34,554 nucleotides of DNA from a virus (lineage: Duplodnaviria; Caudoviricetes), in the IMG/VR virus record IMGVR_UViG_3300020045_006982, positions 1 through 34,554 of that record; one strand, given 5' to 3'. Below are positions 1-8,285 of this stretch, piece by piece. The notes beneath the pieces were generated by a model. That model searched no databases and was not told the DNA's origin. It was given only the letters and a program-made list of their open reading frames with translations. The position numbers and the translations under genes are program-made. Each line of letters begins with the position of its first letter. Within the stretch, counting starts at the first letter, position 1.

Positions 1-121
1 CAGCACAAGTACAAAGTGTTTACGTGAATAATTTAGGCAATCCGTTGTTTGATGTTGACGGCGTTTTGTGGCTATCGTTAACATATGAAGGGAATAATGT
101 TTACTATACCTTCTTGGAAAA
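1..121. repeat. Terminal direct repeat, left copy (circular-assembly overlap)
   Basis: 1-121 is identical to 34434-34554. Confidence 0.97.
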
Positions 122-212
122 CTTAACGGGTATGGACAGAACAACAAACACAACAATTACCAATACTGAAACATTGGAAGTAGTAGAAATTTTAGTAACG
201 CAATACGCTTAA
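1..212 (+). CDS. 3' end of the 749-aa tail hub protein starting at 32396 (wraps the junction); BACON-like C-terminal domain
   Basis: Track ORF 24..212 is in frame with the ORF opened at 32396 once the 121-bp overlap is removed; WLSLT...EN.T...RT..TITN...EILVTQ pattern. Confidence 0.85.
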   Translation, partial: AQVQSVYVNNLGNPLFDVDGVLWLSLTYEGNNVYYTFLENLTGMDRTTNTTITNTETLEVVEILVTQYA

Positions 213-214
213 TT

Positions 215-352
215 ATGATAGCCGATATAATAAAATTACTGCAATCAAATCCATTTTATGGATCGGGAAAATTTACCGAGATTGCAAAAGGACAAAACGA
301 AATTGATAATTACTTTAGAAAAATATATAGACGATGCCAATTGAAAAAATAA
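215..352 (+). CDS. Small 45-aa protein upstream of the tape measure gene (MIADIIKLLQ...EIAKGQNE...)
   Basis: ATG 2 nt after the previous stop, open to TAA at 350-352, overlaps the TMP start; below the track cutoff. Confidence 0.6.
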   Translation: MIADIIKLLQSNPFYGSGKFTEIAKGQNEIDNYFRKIYRRCQLKK

Positions 353-1965
353 TTAACGTAGTTGTTAAAGAAACTGGATTAGATACTGTACAAAAACAAG
401 TAAATAAACTCGATTCATCTTTAGAAAACCTATCTGATACACAGGAAGGTTTAGCTAAATCTATGCAAGGTTCTAGTAATTCCGTTTTAGAAAATGGCGG
501 GGCTATGGGATTGCTTAACGATGCAACGGGTGGACTTGCTATGACTGTTAAAGATGCGGTTGAAGCTTCGGTTTTGTTTACTAAATCACAAAAAGCCGCA
601 GCGATTGGACAGGCTTTTTATACTACAGTTGTAGGCACGTCTACTGGGGCAATGAAATTATTTAGAATTGCTTTGGTGTCAACAGGGATAGGTGCAATTA
701 TAGTAGGGTTAGGTTTGCTTATTGCAAATTTTGATAAGGTTAAAAAAGTAGTTTTAAACCTTGTTCCTGGACTTGCTGTTATTGGGGATTTATTCACATC
801 ATTAGTTCAAACGGTTACAGACTTTGTAGGAGTTACCTCGGACGCTTCACGTGAATTGGATAGGTTAGGACAAGAAGCAGAAACAACTTTGGCAAAAAAT
901 AAATTTGCCTTAGATGCTTATGGCGATACCTACGACCAATACACTAAACGAAAAATTGAAGCTAATTCAAAATATGCTCAACACGTAAAAGACATTAACG
1001 AAGATGAAACATTAAGCGAAAAACAAAAACTTGAAAGATTAAAAATACTTCGTGAAACTGCAAATCGTGAAATAGACAAAGCGGAACAAGATAGGATTGA
1101 CGAACGAAATAAAAAAGCAAAAGACGCACAAGACAAACTTGATGAAGCAAATAAAGCAGCAGCAGAAAAAGCAAAACAAGCAAAACAAAAAGCCGATGAA
1201 GATGCTAAGAAAGCATTAGAAGAAAAAATAAAGTCGGACGCTCAAAAATCATTTGAATTAAACGAACAGTCTAAACAAGATGCGGCAGATGTAGCAGCTT
1301 TTTTTGATGGAGAAAAAGAAAAAGCAAACGAAAAAGAAGCGGAACAATCAAGATTGAAGTTCGAAAGAATGCAATATGATGCAGACGAAGAGCAGCGAAT
1401 TAACCAAAAGAAAATTGATGATAAGATAAAACAAGAACAGTCTTTACAAAGTAGTTTGACTTTTTTAGCGGAAAGCACCGCATCAATATTCGACAATTTA
1501 GAATCGTTAGGACTTAAAAAATCAAAAGCAGCTGTAACAATAAGAAAAGGAATTGCATTAGCTCAAATAGCAGCAGACACAGGAAAGGCTTTTTCTAGTG
1601 CGGTACCTATGGCAATTGATGCAGGAAAAGGCGCGGCCTCGGTTGGTGGACCATTCGCGGGAGTATTGGGCGCAATTGCAACAGCGGCAAGTTATGCGGG
1701 GTCAGTCGCAATGATTACGTCAAATGTTGCTAGAGCAAAAAGCCTGTTAAGCGGAGGCGGTGGATCAGGAGGCGGCTCAACAGGCGGACCTGGCGGAGGT
1801 TCAATGCCCAGCGCACCATCATTCAATTTAGTACAAGGCACAAACTCAAATCAAATAGCACAATCAATAAATACACAGCAACCTATTGAAGCTTTTGTAG
1901 TTTCCAAAAATGTTTCAACAAGTCAAGAATTGGACAGGAATATTATAAAGAGTGCAAGTTTATAA
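334..1965 (+). CDS. Tape measure protein
   Basis: Ala/Gly-rich helical protein, ALVSTGIGAIIVGLGLLIANFD hydrophobic segment, long K/E/A coiled coil, Gly-rich linker, AFVVS C-terminal motif; follows tail genes. Confidence 0.8.
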   Translation: MPIEKIINVVVKETGLDTVQKQVNKLDSSLENLSDTQEGLAKSMQGSSNSVLENGGAMGLLNDATGGLAMTVKDAVEASVLFTKSQKAAAIGQAFYTTVVGTSTGAMKLFRIALVSTGIGAIIVGLGLLIANFDKVKKVVLNLVPGLAVIGDLFTSLVQTVTDFVGVTSDASRELDRLGQEAETTLAKNKFALDAYGDTYDQYTKRKIEANSKYAQHVKDINEDETLSEKQKLERLKILRETANREIDKAEQDRIDERNKKAKDAQDKLDEANKAAAEKAKQAKQKADEDAKKALEEKIKSDAQKSFELNEQSKQDAADVAAFFDGEKEKANEKEAEQSRLKFERMQYDADEEQRINQKKIDDKIKQEQSLQSSLTFLAESTASIFDNLESLGLKKSKAAVTIRKGIALAQIAADTGKAFSSAVPMAIDAGKGAASVGGPFAGVLGAIATAASYAGSVAMITSNVARAKSLLSGGGGSGGGSTGGPGGGSMPSAPSFNLVQGTNSNQIAQSINTQQPIEAFVVSKNVSTSQELDRNIIKSASL

Positions 1966-1990
1966 CAATAGTAACATAATTTAGTTTAAT
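1963..1990 (+). promoter_or_regulatory. Candidate phage late (ECF-sigma-type) promoter TAACAA-N15-GTTTAAT, copy 1
   Basis: Same hexamer, spacing and heptamer at 4927 and 29527; all precede structural operons. Confidence 0.7.
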
Positions 1991-2007
1991 TATAAATAAC
2001 ATTAATT

Positions 2008-2316
2008 ATGAAAGTAGAAGAAATAAAATTAGCGTTTGAAAGTAATATGCAATTTGCAACAGTTGATAGCTTAAAAACAAGTTTACAAGGAGTAAGCTCA
2101 AAAGCTATGATTGGACAAGGATTAGTTCAAAAAGGAAGGGCAGAATATATAGCCGCAAGAAACGACCTTACTTCTTTAATAAAAGAAATATTTGTGACAA
2201 AAACAAAAGCTAAAGATATAGGAGCTACCGCAACAGAACAAGACCTTGTTAAAATGCAATCACAAGCGGAAAAAACTTTAAAGGAATATGAAAGTGTTAT
2301 TAAGAAATTATTTTAA
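2008..2316 (+). CDS. Hypothetical helical protein, first gene of the head operon
   Basis: 102-aa ORF, stop overlaps the protease start (TAATG). Confidence 0.7.
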   Translation: MKVEEIKLAFESNMQFATVDSLKTSLQGVSSKAMIGQGLVQKGRAEYIAARNDLTSLIKEIFVTKTKAKDIGATATEQDLVKMQSQAEKTLKEYESVIKKLF

Positions 2317-3410
2317 TGAAAACCTACCAAGCGAAATATGACCCATTAAAAAATAAAGGAGTTTATGCAATTTCCTTTGTTTTGAATCCAGCAATGGAAG
2401 GGTTATTTATAGCGATGTCAAAAGAGGAACAAGCTATCGAATTTAAAACAGTTGACGAAGAACAAAGGATTGTTGCTGGTTTAGTTTTGGAACCTTTAAA
2501 AGACATTTATAGGAATCAAAACGGGGAAGAGTTTACGATTCGTTTTGATGCCGACACAATCAAAAATCTTTGCTATGACTTTACAAAAAATCAAAGTAAT
2601 TCCAATTCAACAATTGAACACGACATAGAGCAAAAAATAAAAGGCGTTACGTTTGTTGAGAATTGGTTGGTAAGAGATGAAAAAATGGACACGTCTTTAG
2701 CTTTAGGTTTTAATGCAAAAAAGGATAGTTGGGTATCAGTTTGTAAAATAGACAATGACGAGATTTGGAGAGATTACGTAAAGACAGGAAAGGTGCAAGG
2801 ATTTTCAATCGATGCAATGTTATCGTTAGAGGAAGTAAATTTAAAATCAACTATAGAAATGAGTAATACAAACAGTTTATTAGAGAAAATTCTCTTAGCA
2901 CTTACTCCAACAAAGCAAGCCGAAATAAAACTTGGTTCAATGATGCTTGCGGACGGAAGTGTTAAAATTGAATTTGAAGGCGAAGAAATGAAAGTAGGCG
3001 ACGCTATTTGGGTAGTCGCAGAAGATGGTACAAAAGTACCTGTACCGGTTGGAGAGCATCCATTGGAAGATGGTACTATTTTAATCGTAACGGTTGAAGG
3101 AGTTGTTGGAGAAATTAAACCAGCGGAAGCACCAGCGGAAGAAACGCCAGCGCCAGCAGTTGAAGCAGGTGAAGATGGAAAAGTATCAAACGACGCTAAA
3201 ATTGCAAGCGAAATCGAAAGCGCAATTAAATCAATTTTGATTAAATACACAGCACAGGAAACCAAGATTTCAGAGTTAGAAACATTGGTAGCTGAATTGT
3301 CAAAACAACCAGCAAGTAAACCAATTAATGGCACTCCGATACAGGTTGATTTTTCAAAAATGACACCAAAAGAAAGAATTTTAAACACAATAAATAAACA
3401 CAAAAATTAA
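2316..3410 (+). CDS. Prohead protease (XkdF-like) fused to scaffolding domain
   Basis: AISFVLNPA, STIEH, FVENW, W..YVKTGKVQGFSID motifs; acidic Pro/Ala-rich C-terminal half; directly upstream of the capsid gene. Confidence 0.8.
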   Translation: MKTYQAKYDPLKNKGVYAISFVLNPAMEGLFIAMSKEEQAIEFKTVDEEQRIVAGLVLEPLKDIYRNQNGEEFTIRFDADTIKNLCYDFTKNQSNSNSTIEHDIEQKIKGVTFVENWLVRDEKMDTSLALGFNAKKDSWVSVCKIDNDEIWRDYVKTGKVQGFSIDAMLSLEEVNLKSTIEMSNTNSLLEKILLALTPTKQAEIKLGSMMLADGSVKIEFEGEEMKVGDAIWVVAEDGTKVPVPVGEHPLEDGTILIVTVEGVVGEIKPAEAPAEETPAPAVEAGEDGKVSNDAKIASEIESAIKSILIKYTAQETKISELETLVAELSKQPASKPINGTPIQVDFSKMTPKERILNTINKHKN

Positions 3411-3412
3411 TT

Positions 3413-4324
3413 ATGGCAACTACAGTAACAGTAACTTCCAACTATGCAGGCAAAGAAGCTGGCGAAATAGTTGGACAAGCATTTAAAGAAGCAGACACAA
3501 TCGCAAAAGGATTTGTGACAGTATTTCCAAACGTAAATTATAAATTGAATTTGCGTAAAATTGTATTAACAGGCGGAAAAAGGGAATACACTTGTGGACA
3601 CGTTCCAGCAGGGTCAATTGTACTTTCTGAAAAAGTCCTAGAACCTAAAAAATTCAAAGATGATTTCGAAATTTGTAAAGAAGATTTCAGAGCGCAATGG
3701 AGTGAAGAAACGATGGGGGCAAGCGCACACAATGATAATGCACCAAAAGACATTATGGATGCTATCCTTGTTGAAAAATTAGGACAAACAGCCGAAGAGT
3801 TGGACGATAATATTTGGAATGGTGACGGAACAAACGCAGATGAATTCGACGGTTTTTTAAAATTGTTCTTAGCTGACGCAACGGTTGTTGACGTTGATTT
3901 GACAAGCCCAGTTACTGAGGCTAATATCGAGGCTAATTTAAAATTAGCGTTGGCAGCTATCCCAGTTGAACTAAGACGTAAATCTTTAAAAATTGGAGTT
4001 TCTTCTGATATTTTTCAAATCTATACTTTCTTTTTGATTTCAAAGGGATTGGCAAATGGATTGGGCGGAGACGCAAACACAGGAATGAAAATTGGTAAAT
4101 ATACCTTAGAAGAAATCAATGGATTGCCAGCCGAAACAATTGTAATTGCAGAGCCGAAACAATTGATTTTTGGAACTGGATTGTTGGCAGACCACAACGA
4201 GGTTAGACTTGTTGACCAAGATGATGCGTTGTTGAATGGTAAAATCATTGGTACAATGGTTTATAATGCTGGCGTTCAGTATTACAACGGTGCTGAAATC
4301 GTTTGGGCAAGACCTATCGTATAG
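3413..4324 (+). CDS. Major capsid protein
   Basis: 303 aa after protease/scaffold and followed by a hairpin; IWNGD....EFDGF and LIFGTGLLADHNEV motifs typical of Bacteroidota siphovirus capsids. Confidence 0.78.
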   Translation: MATTVTVTSNYAGKEAGEIVGQAFKEADTIAKGFVTVFPNVNYKLNLRKIVLTGGKREYTCGHVPAGSIVLSEKVLEPKKFKDDFEICKEDFRAQWSEETMGASAHNDNAPKDIMDAILVEKLGQTAEELDDNIWNGDGTNADEFDGFLKLFLADATVVDVDLTSPVTEANIEANLKLALAAIPVELRRKSLKIGVSSDIFQIYTFFLISKGLANGLGGDANTGMKIGKYTLEEINGLPAETIVIAEPKQLIFGTGLLADHNEVRLVDQDDALLNGKIIGTMVYNAGVQYYNGAEIVWARPIV

Positions 4325-4337
4325 TTAAATTAGAAAC

Positions 4338-4360
4338 AAAGGGGAGTTAGTTCTCCCTTT
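4338..4360 (+). terminator. Hairpin after the capsid gene (weak terminator or stabiliser)
   Basis: aaaggggag-ttagtt-ctcccttt; short U tract. Confidence 0.55.
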
Positions 4361-4379
4361 AAATAATACATAATAAATT

Positions 4380-4889
4380 ATGGCTTGTGATTTAACAGCA
4401 GGAAGGGTAAAAGCTTGTAAACAGGGGTTGGGAGGTTTGGGTAAACTTTATCTTTTTAATTTTGTAGAAGATCCGTTTACTTATGCAGCAGGAATAGCAA
4501 CAGCAATAAATCCTTTGCTTACAACCGTATTTGAATACGAATTAGAAGGGGATGGAAACAATGTTTCAGAATCTTTGGTTCCTGATAGAAACACAGGGGC
4601 ATCGGTTAATACTCAAACAAGTACTTTCGTATTGAAAAAAATTGATGCGGTGACTTCTGCTCAAATGAATTTGCTTGCTTATGGGTTTCCTATGGCAGTA
4701 GCAAAAGACAGAAACGGAATTTATCACGCTATCGGAATTGATGATGGTATTGATTTTACAGTAGTTCAATCTACGGGCGGAGCTAAAACAGAATTGAATG
4801 GATACACTTTGACAGGCGTATCAACAACAGGAAGTTTATCGCCTAAATTAGATACGGCAACTATTGTAGCATTTTTGGCTTTGGTTTAG
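4380..4889 (+). CDS. Putative major tail (tube) protein
   Basis: MACDLTAGR..CK..LGG N-terminus and TG.AK..LNGYTLT motif; beta-rich 169 aa. Confidence 0.65.
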   Translation: MACDLTAGRVKACKQGLGGLGKLYLFNFVEDPFTYAAGIATAINPLLTTVFEYELEGDGNNVSESLVPDRNTGASVNTQTSTFVLKKIDAVTSAQMNLLAYGFPMAVAKDRNGIYHAIGIDDGIDFTVVQSTGGAKTELNGYTLTGVSTTGSLSPKLDTATIVAFLALV

Positions 4890-4912
4890 ATATTTTTTGA
4901 TTAGTAATTTTT

Positions 4913-4947
4913 TAAAACCCTATTTGTAACAAAATAGGGTTTTATTT
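4913..4947 (+). terminator. Intrinsic terminator overlapping late promoter copy 2
   Basis: 13-bp stem taaaaccctattt/aaatagggtttta with a T-rich tail. Confidence 0.7.
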
Positions 4948-4954
4948 GTTTAAT
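4927..4954 (+). promoter_or_regulatory. Candidate late promoter TAACAA-N15-GTTTAAT, copy 2
   Basis: Motif match; ATG at 4958 follows 3 nt later. Confidence 0.7.
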
Positions 4955-4957
4955 AGT

Positions 4958-5263
4958 ATGATAGTTTTATTACCAACAAATACAACACATGAATTTAATT
5001 TTATCCCTAGATTTATTCCTAGCGATGAATTGACTTTAGAATTGTACGATGAAACTTTACAAAATACCGAAACAATTGATAATACAAGTTCTTATTTAAA
5101 TGGATTAGCAACTATTACATTCGATTTAGAATGTACAGAAAATCAAAAGTTTCAAGTTAAAATTTTACAAGGTGCGGATGTTATTTACCGTGATAAAATA
5201 TTTGTAACATCACAAAATACGCAGGAATTTAAAGCAACAAAAGACCATTACTATTATGAGTAA
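4958..5263 (+). CDS. Hypothetical virion protein (head-tail region); start moved from TTG 4946 to ATG 4958
   Basis: ATG context GTTTAATAGTATG is identical to 29548-29560; overlaps the portal start. Confidence 0.65.
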   Translation: MIVLLPTNTTHEFNFIPRFIPSDELTLELYDETLQNTETIDNTSSYLNGLATITFDLECTENQKFQVKILQGADVIYRDKIFVTSQNTQEFKATKDHYYYE

Positions 5264-6869
5264 CGATATAAGATTATTACAATTAAGCAATTATGTACGA
5301 CCAAAATTAGAAGAAAATAAATCTAAGAATTGGGTTTTGAATGGTAGGCAAAATTCGTTTTATCAATACATAATCGACCGATTTAATGGTAGTCCAACTA
5401 ACGCAGCTATTATAGACAGTTATTCTAATTTAATATACGGTAACGGTTTGCGTTCAAAAAATAATAATACAAGTGCGTGGATTAATTTTGTATCAATTCT
5501 AAGACCAAAAGAAGTTCGAAAAATAGTTTCAGATTTTGAATTGTTTGGAGAAGCATCGTTTCAAGTTATCAAAGCAAAAGACCGTAAAAAATTAGGTGCA
5601 ATTTATCACATACCTAAACAGCAAATTGTACCGTCTTTAGAAAACGAAGAAGGTATAATTGAGGGGTATTGGCATTCTAAAGATTGGAGCAACATAAATA
5701 AATATCCACCTGTTTACTATCCTGCATTTGGCACATCAAAAGAAGAAATTGAAATCTATTGTATCAAACCATACAAAGCAGGAAAAAACTATTTCAGTGA
5801 TCCTGATTATTTAAGTGCGTTACCTTATGCCGAAATGGAAGAGGAATTGGCAAACTTTTATATTAATTCAATCAAAAAAGGATTAAGCGCAGGGTATATA
5901 ATTCAAGTTCCAGATGGAGGAACAAAAAGCGAAGAAGAAAAAGATGATTTTGAAAAAAAGATAAAATCAAAAGTTGCTGGATCGCCAAATGCAATGAGTT
6001 TTATCTTAGATTTTTACGGAGGTGATAAACCTATAACCGTTGTTGAGTTTCCTGTAAACGATGCTCAGCACAAACAATGGGAATATCTAACAGGGGAAAG
6101 CCGTCAACAAATAATGACAGGACATAAAGTAGTAAGTCCTAAGTTATTCGGGATTATGTCAGATGGGGGTTTTGGAAATAATGCCAATGAACTTGACGAA
6201 GCCGAAGCACAATTAATGAAACGCGTTATACAACCTAAGCAAACACCAATAACAGAGGCTTTTGAAGAAGTTATTAATTTTTACGGTATTATATTAGATT
6301 TATACTTTGCACCGTTAACAGAGCCTAAAACAGTTCAGTTGTCAGAGCAAAAAAAAAAGATTGATTTAAGTGAGTTTGGAGAAGATGAAAACTTAGATGA
6401 ATACGAATTAATCGAAGTTAAAACAGTTGATTATGAAGAAGAAAAACGTTTAGGATTACTTGAATTGTCCACAGGAACAGCTAAACCATTGCAAAAGTCA
6501 CGTTATGACTTATTCGATACTATTACACGCTATCGTTATGCAGGTGATACAACAGGTGAACGCACTTTTTGCAAAGACATGTTATCCGTTAAGAAGATAT
6601 ATCGAATAGAAGACATAGAAGCAATGAGTAGTCAACCGGTAAATAGTGGTTTTGGACCAGAAGGCGCAAGTACTTATGATATTTTAAAGTATAAAGGCGG
6701 TGTAAATTGTCATCATTATTGGGAAAAATTGACTTATAAACGTAAAAATGAGAGTGTAAAAGTAGATCCAAAGTCACCGATTGCGATTGATAAAAGCAAA
6801 AAACAACCCGCTAAAGGATTGGCAGGAATAGAACCAATAAATATGCCGAATCGAGGCGCATTAAATTAA
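5256..6869 (+). CDS. Portal protein with a C-terminal MuF/head-morphogenesis-like domain
   Basis: SPTNAAII, YFSDPDY, IMTGHKVVSPKLFGI, GFGNNANE, VIQPKQ portal motifs in aa 1-355; C-terminal R.FC..M...KYKGGVNCHHYW module. Confidence 0.8.
   Translation: MSNDIRLLQLSNYVRPKLEENKSKNWVLNGRQNSFYQYIIDRFNGSPTNAAIIDSYSNLIYGNGLRSKNNNTSAWINFVSILRPKEVRKIVSDFELFGEASFQVIKAKDRKKLGAIYHIPKQQIVPSLENEEGIIEGYWHSKDWSNINKYPPVYYPAFGTSKEEIEIYCIKPYKAGKNYFSDPDYLSALPYAEMEEELANFYINSIKKGLSAGYIIQVPDGGTKSEEEKDDFEKKIKSKVAGSPNAMSFILDFYGGDKPITVVEFPVNDAQHKQWEYLTGESRQQIMTGHKVVSPKLFGIMSDGGFGNNANELDEAEAQLMKRVIQPKQTPITEAFEEVINFYGIILDLYFAPLTEPKTVQLSEQKKKIDLSEFGEDENLDEYELIEVKTVDYEEEKRLGLLELSTGTAKPLQKSRYDLFDTITRYRYAGDTTGERTFCKDMLSVKKIYRIEDIEAMSSQPVNSGFGPEGASTYDILKYKGGVNCHHYWEKLTYKRKNESVKVDPKSPIAIDKSKKQPAKGLAGIEPINMPNRGALN
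6349..6364 (+). other. Candidate -1 frameshift/slippage site A10-G (A_AAA_AAG) with an immediate -1 frame stop
   Basis: In-frame codons CAA AAA AAA AAG; -1 frame reads GAT TGA; sits at the domain junction. Confidence 0.5.
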
Positions 6870-6874
6870 ATAAA

Positions 6875-7366
6875 ATGGCTGAATTACTATTTATTACACC
6901 AGCAGAAATGACATATTCCACTATTTTAAGTGGTAATACTGATACTGATAAGTATTTATTTTCTATTGCGGATGCTCAAATATCAGTTATTGAACCGTTA
7001 TTGGGTTCAATATTGTATGATAAAATAAAAGTAGATGTTGAAAATGATGATTTAGCTGGTTTATATTTGGAAATGTATAATAATTTTGTAAAACCTATTA
7101 CCAAAAATGAAGCGGTTGCAAAGTATATTGAAATAGCTTCTTATATGGTTGATAATTCAGGTATTCATAAACACACAGGGGATAAAATAGAGGTAGTTTC
7201 TAAAGACGAGTGCCAATATTTAGCAGGCACATATCATAATTTAGCACAAATGTACATTCAAAGATTCAATAAATGGATTTGTAAAAACCCATTAACGGAA
7301 TATAAACAATGTCAAGATGAGGTTAATGCTCAAAAAGTAAAAGTTTCTTTTGGATGGAAATTGTAA
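6875..7366 (+). CDS. Putative head-tail connector/adaptor protein
   Basis: Helical 163 aa right after portal; LSGNTDTDK...AQ...IEPLLGS.LY motif. Confidence 0.6.
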   Translation: MAELLFITPAEMTYSTILSGNTDTDKYLFSIADAQISVIEPLLGSILYDKIKVDVENDDLAGLYLEMYNNFVKPITKNEAVAKYIEIASYMVDNSGIHKHTGDKIEVVSKDECQYLAGTYHNLAQMYIQRFNKWICKNPLTEYKQCQDEVNAQKVKVSFGWKL

Positions 7367-7929
7367 GTGGATATAATAGAAAATGTAAAGATAGCGTTGG
7401 GGGATTACGTAAGGTTTGGTTGTGTAAATATGTTAAATATTCACTAAGCCAAATAATAACAGACGGCAATATTTTAGTTTCGTTTCCTGATACTTTTATT
7501 TATTCTTTTCATAGTGTTGAAGCCTCAAATGCTTCTGAATCGATGGAACAAATAGATGGCGGAAAGTTTTTTAATCAAAGTATTTCATTAGCTTTTCAGG
7601 GAGCAGATCCGAAAGAAATTGAGTTGTTGCAAAATATAGATTTCCGAATTTTATATTTAGATAATAACGGAATTTATAAAATATTTGGATTGCGCAACGG
7701 GATGGAATCCGGAACAATAACTTATGAAACAGGAAGTTCGAAAGCAAGTTTGAACGGTTTTAAAATAACTTTTACAGGAAAAGAAAAAGAAGAAGCTGTC
7801 TTTGTGGAAGATTTAGAAACGGTTGGATTTATTGAAGAAGGCGTAACTCCAGATCACTTTTTGCTATTTCAAAACGGAGACTTTTTTATGTTAGAAAATA
7901 ACGACAATTTAATTTTACAAAATGGCTAA
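7354..7929 (+). CDS. Second tail-tube-like protein (paralog of 4380..4889) with an acidic LL.ENGD-type tail
   Basis: CKDSVGGLRKVWL vs CKQGLGGLGKLYL; DNNGIY..G...G vs DRNGIY..G...G; TGSSKASLNGFKIT vs TGGAKTELNGYTLT. Confidence 0.7.
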   Translation: MEIVSGYNRKCKDSVGGLRKVWLCKYVKYSLSQIITDGNILVSFPDTFIYSFHSVEASNASESMEQIDGGKFFNQSISLAFQGADPKEIELLQNIDFRILYLDNNGIYKIFGLRNGMESGTITYETGSSKASLNGFKITFTGKEKEEAVFVEDLETVGFIEEGVTPDHFLLFQNGDFFMLENNDNLILQNG

Positions 7930-8284
7930 TAGAAAAGTAACTCAACTAACTGAATTAACATCTTTCGAAGATGGTGACATAGGGTATGTTGTAGATGTAT
8001 CAGACTTGCTGGAAAGCCCTCAGGGAACAAGTAAGCATTTTAAACTATCGACTCTTTGGGATTACATACGCGGAAAGTCTGACGCAAGATATTCTTTAAA
8101 AGTACCTAAAATAGAATTTGAAGCCGATGGAGATGTGGCTATCTACGACATTGGAGTTGTTGCAGAAATAACCGCTGTTTTTTGGAACGGAGCGCTATTA
8201 AGAGACTCTGACTGGAATCAAACTGATACAGAATTTACACTAACATTCACGCCTGCAATTGGCGATATAATTAAACCTATTTAA
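7922..8284 (+). CDS. Putative fibre adaptor/minor tail protein
   Basis: RKVTQLTEL N-terminus; C-terminal small beta module VFWNG....DW......TLTFTPAIGDII. Confidence 0.55.
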   Translation: MANRKVTQLTELTSFEDGDIGYVVDVSDLLESPQGTSKHFKLSTLWDYIRGKSDARYSLKVPKIEFEADGDVAIYDIGVVAEITAVFWNGALLRDSDWNQTDTEFTLTFTPAIGDIIKPI

Positions 8285-8285
8285 A

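Noticed and set aside
1750-1800. GGCGG-rich repeat in the tape measure gene
   Set aside because: It simply encodes the Gly/Ser linker
995-6777. Minus-strand track ORFs (995, 1242, 2774, 3538, 4021, 4566, 6589)
   Set aside because: Antisense shadows of strong structural genes with no motifs or promoters
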